From the NCBI GenBank assembly GCA_052279835.1, contig CP181291.1, forward strand, positions 4,864,001 through 4,928,000: a stretch of DNA of 64,000 nucleotides, in the 5' to 3' direction. Below are positions 1 through 8,875 of the stretch, piece after piece. Below the pieces are notes generated by a model that saw only the letters and a list, made by a program, of their open reading frames with translations, did no database searches and had not been told where the DNA came from. Position 1 is the first letter of the stretch, and every line of letters begins with the position of its first letter. Position numbers and translations under genes: made by a program. This DNA is from Microcoleus sp. (GTDB lineage: Bacteria; Cyanobacteriota; Cyanobacteriia; Cyanobacteriales; Microcoleaceae).

Positions 1-543
1 TTTGCTTACTTCTGGATTTTCTATCTGCGTGAGGGAAAAATCGGACTCTGGACGAATGTGAGAGCCTGATAAAACAGATAAAGCACTCTCCGGTGGAACA
101 TCAGTATAAGGCACTAAAACAGATAATTCAAAGGGGGAACAGCCGTAATAAGTGTCCCGATGGTAGCCTATATTATCTTGGGGTTTGCCCGGTCGAGTAA
201 TTCGCAAGTGAGGCTTACTCTGAATGTTTAAATCTTGTCCCAAAAATGCTTTAAACAAATCAAGTTGAGCGGTGATGACTTTAGACGCCAACTTTTGAGA
301 CCAAAAAAATTGAGTTAGCTGGAACTGCAACTCTGTATGAGTTTTGTCATCACGAATAACTTCGTGATAATCTTCTAATGTGATGCGATCGCTTCCCGTT
401 AGCCTCCGCAATTCTGCAAGTAGTGACGCACGAGCGGCATAGACTGGATCTGGATTGGGGAGTTGCACTACTATCCAGCCATATTGGTAGAAATGGCGTT
501 CTAGTTTTTCTATATTTATCTTGCTGCTAGTTAGCTCAATCAC
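1..543 (-). CDS. 2OG-Fe(II) dioxygenase, PhyH-like (3' end runs off window; not in supplied ORF track)
   Basis: Manual translation from GTG at 543 (GTGA overlap with SDR stop) is open to base 1: MIELTSSKINIEKLERHFYQYGWIVV...LRITRPGKPQDNIGYHRDTYYGCSPFELSVLVP...LSGSH. It has an HxD iron motif and shares SPFE with the oxygenase at 2438. Confidence 0.8.
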   Translation of the reverse strand, partial: MIELTSSKINIEKLERHFYQYGWIVVQLPNPDPVYAARASLLAELRRLTGSDRITLEDYHEVIRDDKTHTELQFQLTQFFWSQKLASKVITAQLDLFKAFLGQDLNIQSKPHLRITRPGKPQDNIGYHRDTYYGCSPFELSVLVPYTDVPPESALSVLSGSHIRPESDFSLTQIENPEVSK

Positions 544-1298
544 CAAGAACCTCCATCAATAGGCATTACCGAACCAGTACAGAAAGAAGCCTTTTCGGAA
601 CATAGCAGAACTACCCAATCACTGATTTCATCCAATTGAGCGAATCGTTTAATTGCCATGCGCCGATCGAGATAGGTTGCCACCATCTCTGGTTTCTCCT
701 GGGACATTTTATCCCAATGGCTACCTTCATGACGAATTGCTCCGGGCATCACGGATGTGATGACCACTCCGTCTGACGCTACTGTACACCCTAAGTTCCG
801 GGTGTAAGCGTTTAGAGCGGCTTTGACGGCACAATAGGCAACTGCTCCTCGACTCAGATTAGCAGCAATTGAGGAAATATGCACTACTCGCCCCCATCGG
901 CGTTGCTGCATCGGGGGAATCAGATAGCGGTTTAACTCTGCGGCAATTTCAAAGTTGAGCCGCCAAACTGAACGCCACTCGGTTACTGTGCAGAAGGGGT
1001 CTCTAATTCCTAAAGTTCCCCCTAAGTTGTGGATGATAATGTCAATCTGTTTGTTACCAGACTGGATTTCTTCGATAAGTTGGGTTGGTGCGCTATCGGG
1101 TACTAAGTCTTTAGCAATGCCCCAATGACCTTTAGCTTCACCCCCCATTTCCGCAACTAAGGAGATAATATCAGCTTTGGTGCGGGCAACAACTCCCACT
1201 TGTGCTCCTTCCTTGGCTAAAGTTAGGGCAATTTCTCTGCCCAGACCTTGGCTGCCTCCAACTACTAAAGCTGATTTTCCTTCAATTCCTAAGTGCAT
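540..1298 (-). CDS. SDR family NAD(P)-dependent oxidoreductase
   Basis: GGSQGLG Rossmann motif, YCAVK catalytic motif, C-terminal IDGG. Confidence 0.9.
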   Translation of the reverse strand: MHLGIEGKSALVVGGSQGLGREIALTLAKEGAQVGVVARTKADIISLVAEMGGEAKGHWGIAKDLVPDSAPTQLIEEIQSGNKQIDIIIHNLGGTLGIRDPFCTVTEWRSVWRLNFEIAAELNRYLIPPMQQRRWGRVVHISSIAANLSRGAVAYCAVKAALNAYTRNLGCTVASDGVVITSVMPGAIRHEGSHWDKMSQEKPEMVATYLDRRMAIKRFAQLDEISDWVVLLCSEKASFCTGSVMPIDGGSW

Positions 1299-1305
1299 AA
1301 GTCGC

Positions 1306-1884
1306 TCACTTTCTAAGGGCTTGGAGAAATTCCGTTACAGCATCATACTGATCGTAGTAGATAACGTAACGGCTTAATAAATCAATGTTCAAATCTGGCA
1401 ACAATAAACTGTGACTAACTTTTTCGTATTCTCCCCTTAAATGGTAAATAGTTATTACCCCATCCTCCCAAAACCAGACTTCGCGAACTCCTATTCTTTT
1501 ATAGAACTCTAATTTATCCAGTCCACCGCTAGTCAATATTACTTCTATTACTAAGTCAGGATTTGGTTTTTTAGTCTCCAAATTGTAAGATTCATCCGGT
1601 TCTTTTCTACCTTGAGTTTCTTCACTACCTAAAGTTGCACTACCTCTAATATAAAACCGGATATTTTTTTCTCTCATGTAAGCTTCTATCAGCGAGCGCA
1701 ATGTTCCATTTGTCTCTTCGTGTTCTAAACTTAATGTCATAATTTCTAAAAATCCGTCTAAATAAAACAGTCTGACCCCTGGTACTTCTGCTAAGACCGT
1801 ATCCAACGCCTCTAATTGCGACCAGCTTATTCCTAACAAAACGAGATGGTCTTCTAGTAAGGGTTCTTGTAATGCTAAGGTCAT
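1306..1884 (-). CDS. Uma2 family (PD-(D/E)XK-like) protein
   Basis: EPDESY, PDLVIEV and KLEFYKRIGVREVW motifs typical of cyanobacterial Uma2. Confidence 0.88.
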   Translation of the reverse strand: MTLALQEPLLEDHLVLLGISWSQLEALDTVLAEVPGVRLFYLDGFLEIMTLSLEHEETNGTLRSLIEAYMREKNIRFYIRGSATLGSEETQGRKEPDESYNLETKKPNPDLVIEVILTSGGLDKLEFYKRIGVREVWFWEDGVITIYHLRGEYEKVSHSLLLPDLNIDLLSRYVIYYDQYDAVTEFLQALRK

Positions 1885-1983
1885 AGTTTATACTCCTTGT
1901 AATTTTTTATAACTTTAAGCTATGGTTACGCTTACTTATCCTGTTCTTAACTCCTCTAATCTGTTTAGAATAGCATAATATGT

Positions 1984-2445
1984 TTACTTAAGGGCTTGTA
2001 AAAAGAAGTCGTTTAGTTTTGTGTATTCTGACTTTTGATAATAACCTCCCATTGGTGTCTTAGGTAAAGTTAAGACTGCTTGTATCATTTCCTCAAACTT
2101 TTCTATTTCGTTTCTATCTTGAAGTACCATTTCTTCCAACCCTGCGTGTAATTCGCATCCAGCACCTAAAATTCGGTCATAGATTTCCAATCGCGACTCG
2201 GTTCTCTGGGGTAACACAAACAGACTAAATAGGATGATGCCCTCTACTTGTGGCAATTCTGCCAAAACATCGTACAACATCATATAACATCCAGGCATCG
2301 CGTATTCAGTTGCACTGAGTTTATAGGCTAAATTATGTCGCGTGGCGTAGTCGCGAATTACCAAATTTTGCACGCGGTGGGGGTAACTTACACCTCGCAC
2401 TGGACGGCTGATAATGTAACCGCGATAACCTAATTTTTTACTCAT
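1984..2445 (-). CDS. sporadic carbohydrate cluster protein (TIGR04323/LIC12192-like)
   Basis: GYRGYI.SR...P.RVQNLVIRDY...LSATEYAM pattern; overlaps the upstream 2OG-Fe(II) oxygenase by 8 bp, the pairing recalled for this family. Confidence 0.75.
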   Translation of the reverse strand: MSKKLGYRGYIISRPVRGVSYPHRVQNLVIRDYATRHNLAYKLSATEYAMPGCYMMLYDVLAELPQVEGIILFSLFVLPQRTESRLEIYDRILGAGCELHAGLEEMVLQDRNEIEKFEEMIQAVLTLPKTPMGGYYQKSEYTKLNDFFLQALK

Positions 2446-3244
2446 TGAACCCCCCTGGTATTGTGAATTTCATGCCAATTTTTGAGGCGGGACGCACGGC
2501 GATGGGTGCGAAATACTCGCCCAGACGTTTATCTGAGTAAGGGGTAAATAAACCTTTAAATCTAATATTCATAGACCATCTGGTGGTAGATTCTTGGTTG
2601 AGTCGATTACCGTGCATAATCGTGGGAGTAAACAAAACGACGTTGCCATAGGGAACTTCCAACCATTCAACTTCGGGTTCGATTGCTTGATAAAGACTTT
2701 CTGTTCCTGTCTCTGCAAATTCATGTACTTTTTTCCGCCATCTAGCATCAGCATCAGGCGGTAAAATAAACATACTTTTTGTCCGATAGCAATCAACTAA
2801 GGGAATCCATAATACTACTTCAAAGGGGGAACATTCCGAACCCCAACTATCAGAATGTAGGGGTAATAAAGAACTGTCATCACCGGGAAGTTGAATGCTT
2901 AAACCGATATTGCGCTGCATCACCAATTCGTTGCCAACAATGGTTTCTACTAGGGAACGAGCGCAAGAGAAATAGGCTTCTCGAAACCAAGGTTCTGCCA
3001 TTAAACCTGATATTATCTGAAGACGGAAAGAGTTAAGTTTTTCTAGTGGTAATAAAGAGGCAATTTTATCTAAAAATTCTCCCGAATCTGTCGGGGTTGC
3101 CACTCCTAAAAAATTAGTGGCTAAATCTACTGTTTTGTTTCTGATTTTATCCAGAGTAGATGGATTTTCGCAGGGTTTGATTACATAGCCATTTTGAATA
3201 AAAGCAGCACTTAAGTCTGTTTCTGAATTTTGCATAAAGTTCAT
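2438..3244 (-). CDS. sporadic carbohydrate cluster 2OG-Fe(II) oxygenase (TIGR04324-like)
   Basis: LPLHSD (HxD), distal MHGN and RWSMNIR; SPFEVVLWIPL motif. Confidence 0.8.
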   Translation of the reverse strand: MNFMQNSETDLSAAFIQNGYVIKPCENPSTLDKIRNKTVDLATNFLGVATPTDSGEFLDKIASLLPLEKLNSFRLQIISGLMAEPWFREAYFSCARSLVETIVGNELVMQRNIGLSIQLPGDDSSLLPLHSDSWGSECSPFEVVLWIPLVDCYRTKSMFILPPDADARWRKKVHEFAETGTESLYQAIEPEVEWLEVPYGNVVLFTPTIMHGNRLNQESTTRWSMNIRFKGLFTPYSDKRLGEYFAPIAVRPASKIGMKFTIPGGFNE

Positions 3245-3287
3245 AATTTATTATGCCTATACCTAATATTTTGTGAAAATTAAAACC

Positions 3288-3947
3288 CTACTCAGCGATG
3301 AACCAATAGTAATCGCCTCGGTAGTCAACTTCTGCAAACAGTTTAACCCAATCATTGACGTGCATATAGGTCAAGGCTGTTAGGTTCCAGTTGAGCATTC
3401 TTTGTTTTTCTTCATCATTGTGCCACGCATCCGCAATGATAAAGGCGTGTTGGCGGGTGACGCGCTGAATTTCTCTCAAGGCTTGCTTACAGTCTTCGAG
3501 GAGTAAGTTATGAACGGTGTTGATGGAAATTACTAAATCAAAGGATTTATCGGGGTAGGGTAATTCTTTGGCGTTACCGACTTGCAGATAGGGTTTGACT
3601 TCTTCTTTAGCGTTGGCGATCGCATATTCGGAGATATCAATGCCGGCGATGGTGATTTTGGGCATAAGCTGTTTGAAGTCGTACAGCATGAACCCTTTAC
3701 CACAGCCGACATCGAGGATACTAGCGTTATCTGGTAAGTTGTAGTAGTCGCAGAAGCGCTTAACAGTTTCTTGCCAAAAGCGAGGATGGTAGTTGTAGCC
3801 GCCGTATCCGTAGAGGCGATCGCCGTCGAAAAACTCTTTGCCAAATTGGCGGGCGATCGATCGGTGTTGTTCGGTAATTAGTTTGGCGCGATCGTCGATC
3901 GGGCGTTTACTGCGGGGGTAAATGTCTAGTAAGTTAATTTCTGTCAT
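3288..3947 (-). CDS. class I SAM-dependent methyltransferase
   Basis: ILDVGCGKG, GIDIS, LPYPDKSFDLVIS. Confidence 0.9.
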   Translation of the reverse strand: MTEINLLDIYPRSKRPIDDRAKLITEQHRSIARQFGKEFFDGDRLYGYGGYNYHPRFWQETVKRFCDYYNLPDNASILDVGCGKGFMLYDFKQLMPKITIAGIDISEYAIANAKEEVKPYLQVGNAKELPYPDKSFDLVISINTVHNLLLEDCKQALREIQRVTRQHAFIIADAWHNDEEKQRMLNWNLTALTYMHVNDWVKLFAEVDYRGDYYWFIAE

Positions 3948-4044
3948 TTTTTTTTACATTACTTTCATTTTTCACATTTTTTTACATTATTTTTCAAAGG
4001 ATTTTAGCATCTTAGATTTTTTAGTTGCATTTTCCTATTCAAAA

Positions 4045-6648
4045 TCAAAGTAAATCTGAATATTTATACAAAAAATCTCTGCCTATTCTACCAACTCCAT
4101 AAATTTCGTGGTGTTTTGCTAATTTACGAAAACGGGATTGTAAACAATTATCTTTTTCTGTGTATTCCATATTATTGTCCAAGCGATCTAACATTTCATC
4201 AACGACTGCCTGTATCTCTTCTGGAGTATTATCTATTGCATTAATTCCCAAATTAGATAATTTTGTTTGAGAGCGAACCGTTCTTAATGGAGATGACATT
4301 TGTTCCGCAAAGGTCATGTAACGATTATTTTTATTCGACACAAAAAGCTTAGGAATGAATATACTGTTACTTTCCCAAGGAAGGCTTTCAAGAGGAATCC
4401 AGTTTGTCCAAACACAAGGGACTCCAAAACTAGCTGGAACCAGGAAGAGACCAGAATTTGTACCTATAAAAAACCTGCACTCTGCACACAAAAATATATC
4501 CATCCAATCACTTTTAACTTCACTGTGAGCATAATCTATGAGTTGCTTTCTCGGAGGCATTTCCTTCATTCCAGAATCGCCCATGCGGATCACCCAACCG
4601 CCAGATGCAATAATTGAATCAATGGCTGATGAGTACACATCAATGCTAGCATTACGAATATCATAATCTATAAACTCTTTATGAAAGCCTGGTTCTCGTA
4701 CATGCAAACAAACAAACCAGGAATCCCGAGATACACCCATTTTCTGCAAAGCACACCATCCTTTTTCTCGGTCTTGATCCGATAGATTTAAGATTGGGCT
4801 TCTGCCTTGATCTTCCCATTGCTGCTGAATCTGTGCCGCTGCTTCCCACCATAGTTTAGGCTCTTTATTTTGGATACGAATTAAGTGAAGAAAATCTTGT
4901 AAATATATCGATTCAGAAGATACTTTTTGAATTTCTACTGGCTCAGTAATTATCTGGAAATAAGGACTTAAATATTTTAGATAGTGGGAATTTGCCACTG
5001 TATCTGACGGTGCAAATAATACTGTAATTTTTTGACTCAGCCATCCTAACATTGCCATCTTAGCATAATAACTCAAAAGTGCTATATGACCAATTCGACA
5101 AACCCAAATTTCATTCAGATATCGTATTGGTTTTGAATCTAAATGATATTGTTCTGCCAGTTTTTGCTGAAGGATTAAACCTCTTTTCCAATAATCAGTT
5201 GCTTTGTGTAAATCACCACTATTTACATATAATTGACTTCCTATTTGGTTATATAGAGTTATATTATTAGGATCGTTTAAAATAGCTTCTTCATAACTTT
5301 CAATGGCTTCCTTTAATTTATTCTGTTGTTCCAGAGTATACCCAAGCATCATCCTGGGATGATTCCAGCTTGGCAAAATGGCTATCGCTTCTCTATATTC
5401 ACTAATTGCTGCTTCTATTTTACCTTGTGCTAAAAACACATTTCCGAGACATACATGAGTCCCTGCCCAATTAGGCTCTATAGCTAATACCAATTTATAT
5501 TTCTCTATTGCCCTGTCAAATTGCTTTTGCATCAACAGTGCATCTCCTAATTTCTGATAAGCATCTGCCCACATCGAATCCAGGTTAATAGCTTCTTCAA
5601 ATTTTTCAATCGCTTGTTCTAATTTGCCCTGTCTCGTATATATGCTTCCCAAATAAAACTTGGTTTTCGTCAATAATTCCTTATCTTCCATGACTTTTTT
5701 AAAGCTTATTATTGCTTCTTCTAGCCTACCTTCTTTGAATAGAGATATACCCAGATTATAATGGCTTATTTCACTGTCGCCGGAAACAAAAATCACCTGC
5801 TTGTAACTATCTATTCCTTTAGCTAATTCCCCCTTGTCTTCAAAAAATTTGGCCTGTCTCGTCAGCACTTTTATTAAGCCTTCATAAGATTTGGGAAACT
5901 GAGGATTTAGCTCACTACAGCGACTATATGTAAACACTGATTTTTCTATACAAAGTAAAATTAGATTTTCTGATTTTAAATTCTTATACTCATTTGAATC
6001 CAGAAATATATTTAAAATTTCCTGACGGCTCATACCATTGCGTAAATTTTCAATATGAATATATTTCCCTTGTAGATCGGGAGTGCGATTCAGATATCTT
6101 TGATAAACATTTTCGATAAAAGAATCCGGATCCATTTGAGCCGTATTTTCTAAAAAATCTAGATCATCATCATTAATTGGGGGCAATGATTTTTGCAAAT
6201 TACCCTCATTTTCTTCCACAGTTGCTCCTGATAATGATAAAAGTAAATCATTTAAGTTGGAGTAATTTTCTATAGGCGTGGTATTTATTTGTAAGCTAAG
6301 TTGATATAATGCTTCCCCCAAGCTGTAATAAAATAAATAAAAATCTGGAGAAATTTCAGTGGCAATACGGTACTCTAAGATAGCTGAACTTAAATGACCA
6401 AGCGTTACAAATATATGCCCTAAATTGTGGTGAGACCAAGCATAATTAGGATTAATCTCAATAGCACGATTATAAGCTGCTACGGCTTCATTCAAGCATC
6501 CTAGTTGAGTTAAAACTTCCCCCATATTATGGAAATAAAAATAGAAATGAGGATGTTGTTCAGTTGCTTTTTTATAATATTCCAGTGCTTCCTGCCATTT
6601 GTTTTCCTTTTTTAGTTTATTCGCTAGATTGAAATAGTTAATACTCAT
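4045..6648 (-). CDS. TPR-repeat protein with DUF4214-like segment and C-terminal putative glycosyltransferase (TIGR04372-like)
   Basis: Multiple TPRs; FIENVYQRYLNRTPD...GMSRQEIL segment; C-terminal RIGH, VCLHVREPGF, RNA, VIRMGD and FFIGTNSG motifs. Confidence 0.75.
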   Translation of the reverse strand: MSINYFNLANKLKKENKWQEALEYYKKATEQHPHFYFYFHNMGEVLTQLGCLNEAVAAYNRAIEINPNYAWSHHNLGHIFVTLGHLSSAILEYRIATEISPDFYLFYYSLGEALYQLSLQINTTPIENYSNLNDLLLSLSGATVEENEGNLQKSLPPINDDDLDFLENTAQMDPDSFIENVYQRYLNRTPDLQGKYIHIENLRNGMSRQEILNIFLDSNEYKNLKSENLILLCIEKSVFTYSRCSELNPQFPKSYEGLIKVLTRQAKFFEDKGELAKGIDSYKQVIFVSGDSEISHYNLGISLFKEGRLEEAIISFKKVMEDKELLTKTKFYLGSIYTRQGKLEQAIEKFEEAINLDSMWADAYQKLGDALLMQKQFDRAIEKYKLVLAIEPNWAGTHVCLGNVFLAQGKIEAAISEYREAIAILPSWNHPRMMLGYTLEQQNKLKEAIESYEEAILNDPNNITLYNQIGSQLYVNSGDLHKATDYWKRGLILQQKLAEQYHLDSKPIRYLNEIWVCRIGHIALLSYYAKMAMLGWLSQKITVLFAPSDTVANSHYLKYLSPYFQIITEPVEIQKVSSESIYLQDFLHLIRIQNKEPKLWWEAAAQIQQQWEDQGRSPILNLSDQDREKGWCALQKMGVSRDSWFVCLHVREPGFHKEFIDYDIRNASIDVYSSAIDSIIASGGWVIRMGDSGMKEMPPRKQLIDYAHSEVKSDWMDIFLCAECRFFIGTNSGLFLVPASFGVPCVWTNWIPLESLPWESNSIFIPKLFVSNKNNRYMTFAEQMSSPLRTVRSQTKLSNLGINAIDNTPEEIQAVVDEMLDRLDNNMEYTEKDNCLQSRFRKLAKHHEIYGVGRIGRDFLYKYSDLL

Positions 6649-6690
6649 GTTTTTGTCCTACCTTAGAAAAGTTAAATGAAATTTTTATGA

Positions 6691-8805
6691 CTATGACCAA
6701 TTAAATCTTTCGATCAATTTTTTTGAAATCAAACTAGAAGTTTTCTCTAATTGTTCATCTGTAAATATTGTTTTCCACTCATCCACACTGCCTTTTCTTT
6801 GGTGACTATTCGCATTGAATTGAGGTAGGGCTGGAACAATGAAGGTTGAATTTTCTATTTCATAAAAATCTAAAATTTCTTGAAAAAACTGTTTTGGTTT
6901 GAGAGCTAAATCCTCCTGTTTGGTAAACAGAATTTGAGGATGAAATGATGGGGATTCGCTAATATTTAACCAATTTTCTATAAAATTAATTGTTTCCCGA
7001 AAATACCCTTTTTCTATTTGCCAACTTATTTGGTCTGTTAGGGACATTGAAAAATAACCTTCTTCAAACAAATGAGAAGTTAGAATTAACGCCATTGGAG
7101 CTTCATTTTTAAGTCTATTTAAATGGTGTACTAATGATAGTGTAGCTTGACGTGGATCTCGAACATGAACAATTAATTTATCCAGCCACATACTAATAAA
7201 AGCTAAGTTTATTGAATTAGCTGGTAAGTGATGGTTACAAATAACTCCACCCGAAGCCATTCGAGATAGAATTTCTTCATTGTTATAGATTACATCATCA
7301 GGCCAGGCACTAGAGTTAGATATAGCTATAATAGAAAGATTTAGACCTTTGGAGAGACTGTCCAATATGTACATACTTCCTGATTTGGGCAATGTATTGA
7401 CTAGAATTCCAGGTATGATTTTTTTATTTACACTGAGCGTATATTTGATTTTATTGGATTTACAATAATATTTAAGTGCTTCTGCCAATTTGCCCTCATT
7501 AATGTGTATATCCCCTAGTTGACAGTAGGCGTTCCAGGAATTCATATTCAAGTCAAGCATTTTGTAACAATAATTAGTTGCTTGTTCCAAATCTCCTTGG
7601 CAACGCAATGCTTCTACTAAGGCAGAGTAAACCTCTATTAAATCGTCTTTTAGCTCTATTGCTCTCTTATAAGACTGAATTCCCCGATCTAATTGACCTT
7701 TTCTTACCTGAGCAAGACCTAAATGATAATACGCATCAGGTACGTTAGGATTGAGAGCGAGTGTTTTTTCACAAAACTCCATACATTCGTCGAGTTTTCC
7801 TAACTGCCAAAAAGCTATACCCATAGATAAGTGAATATCTAGCCAATCGGGTTTAATAGCTATAGCTCTATCCGCAGCCTGTCGAGCCTCATCATATTTT
7901 TCTAGCTTCCATAGGCACTTTGCTATCTCCCAGTGAATTTCGGCATTCACTTTTACATCTTTAAAAGCTAAACTTATTATTATTTCATATATATTAATTG
8001 CTTCAGGCACCTGTCCTCTTTGGATTAATGTATTAATTAATTCACTCCATATTTCCCAGTTATTTTCCGTGATATTGTATTTATTTTTTAAGGCGAATTC
8101 TATGAAAAATTCGGGGTTGATTTCCAGACCTTTTCTATAAGCTTCTAAAGCTTCGCCACGACGCTCTTGTTGGGCTAAACTATTAGCTAGACCCCACCAT
8201 ATTTCACAATTTTCAGGTTGTAGTTCTAACCAACTTCTGTAAGCTTCTACACAGATAAAATTTAACTCCAACACCCGCTTGTAAGCTTCTATCGCTTCAT
8301 TATGTTGGTTTAGCTTACCTAAATTCTGCCCTAGTTTTAACCAAATTTCCCAGTTGTTAGGTTGAATTTGGAGTAGTTTTTGATAAGCTTTTTTGTCGTT
8401 GGGATTTTGTTCAATATCACGCTGGAATATTGCTATTAATTCAGCTAAATGTACCTGATTGAGCTGTTGTTTTGCATCTATCAAAGCCAATTGAATTTCT
8501 TGATCGTTGGGATTTAACTCAAGAGCTTTTTGATAACTGAGAATCGCTTCTTCCCACCGACTCAATTGAGCCAGGACTTTTCCCAAGCTGTAGTAAAACC
8601 AAGGTGAGTTAGAATTTAGTTCGATCGCACAATTGTAGGCAATAAGGGCTTCTTCCCATTGACCCTGTTTTGCCAAAGCCTCTCCCAAATTGTAGTGAGA
8701 CCAATAAAAATTAGGGTCTTCTTTAATGGCTTGCTGATACAAAGCGATCGCTTCCTCTAATCTACCTTTTTTTTGAAGTAGGTTTGCTGTATTAAAATAA
8801 CTCAT
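6691..8805 (-). CDS. TPR-repeat protein with C-terminal sulfotransferase domain
   Basis: TPRs followed by TLPKSGS (5'-PSB-like), VRDPR...S (3'-PB-like) and RKGSVDEWK motifs. Confidence 0.8.
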   Translation of the reverse strand: MSYFNTANLLQKKGRLEEAIALYQQAIKEDPNFYWSHYNLGEALAKQGQWEEALIAYNCAIELNSNSPWFYYSLGKVLAQLSRWEEAILSYQKALELNPNDQEIQLALIDAKQQLNQVHLAELIAIFQRDIEQNPNDKKAYQKLLQIQPNNWEIWLKLGQNLGKLNQHNEAIEAYKRVLELNFICVEAYRSWLELQPENCEIWWGLANSLAQQERRGEALEAYRKGLEINPEFFIEFALKNKYNITENNWEIWSELINTLIQRGQVPEAINIYEIIISLAFKDVKVNAEIHWEIAKCLWKLEKYDEARQAADRAIAIKPDWLDIHLSMGIAFWQLGKLDECMEFCEKTLALNPNVPDAYYHLGLAQVRKGQLDRGIQSYKRAIELKDDLIEVYSALVEALRCQGDLEQATNYCYKMLDLNMNSWNAYCQLGDIHINEGKLAEALKYYCKSNKIKYTLSVNKKIIPGILVNTLPKSGSMYILDSLSKGLNLSIIAISNSSAWPDDVIYNNEEILSRMASGGVICNHHLPANSINLAFISMWLDKLIVHVRDPRQATLSLVHHLNRLKNEAPMALILTSHLFEEGYFSMSLTDQISWQIEKGYFRETINFIENWLNISESPSFHPQILFTKQEDLALKPKQFFQEILDFYEIENSTFIVPALPQFNANSHQRKGSVDEWKTIFTDEQLEKTSSLISKKLIERFNWS

Positions 8806-8875
8806 GATCGCCCAATATTCTCCTAACTCAATTTTTTTTATTAGTATATATGATACTTCTATTCAGCTATTCAAT

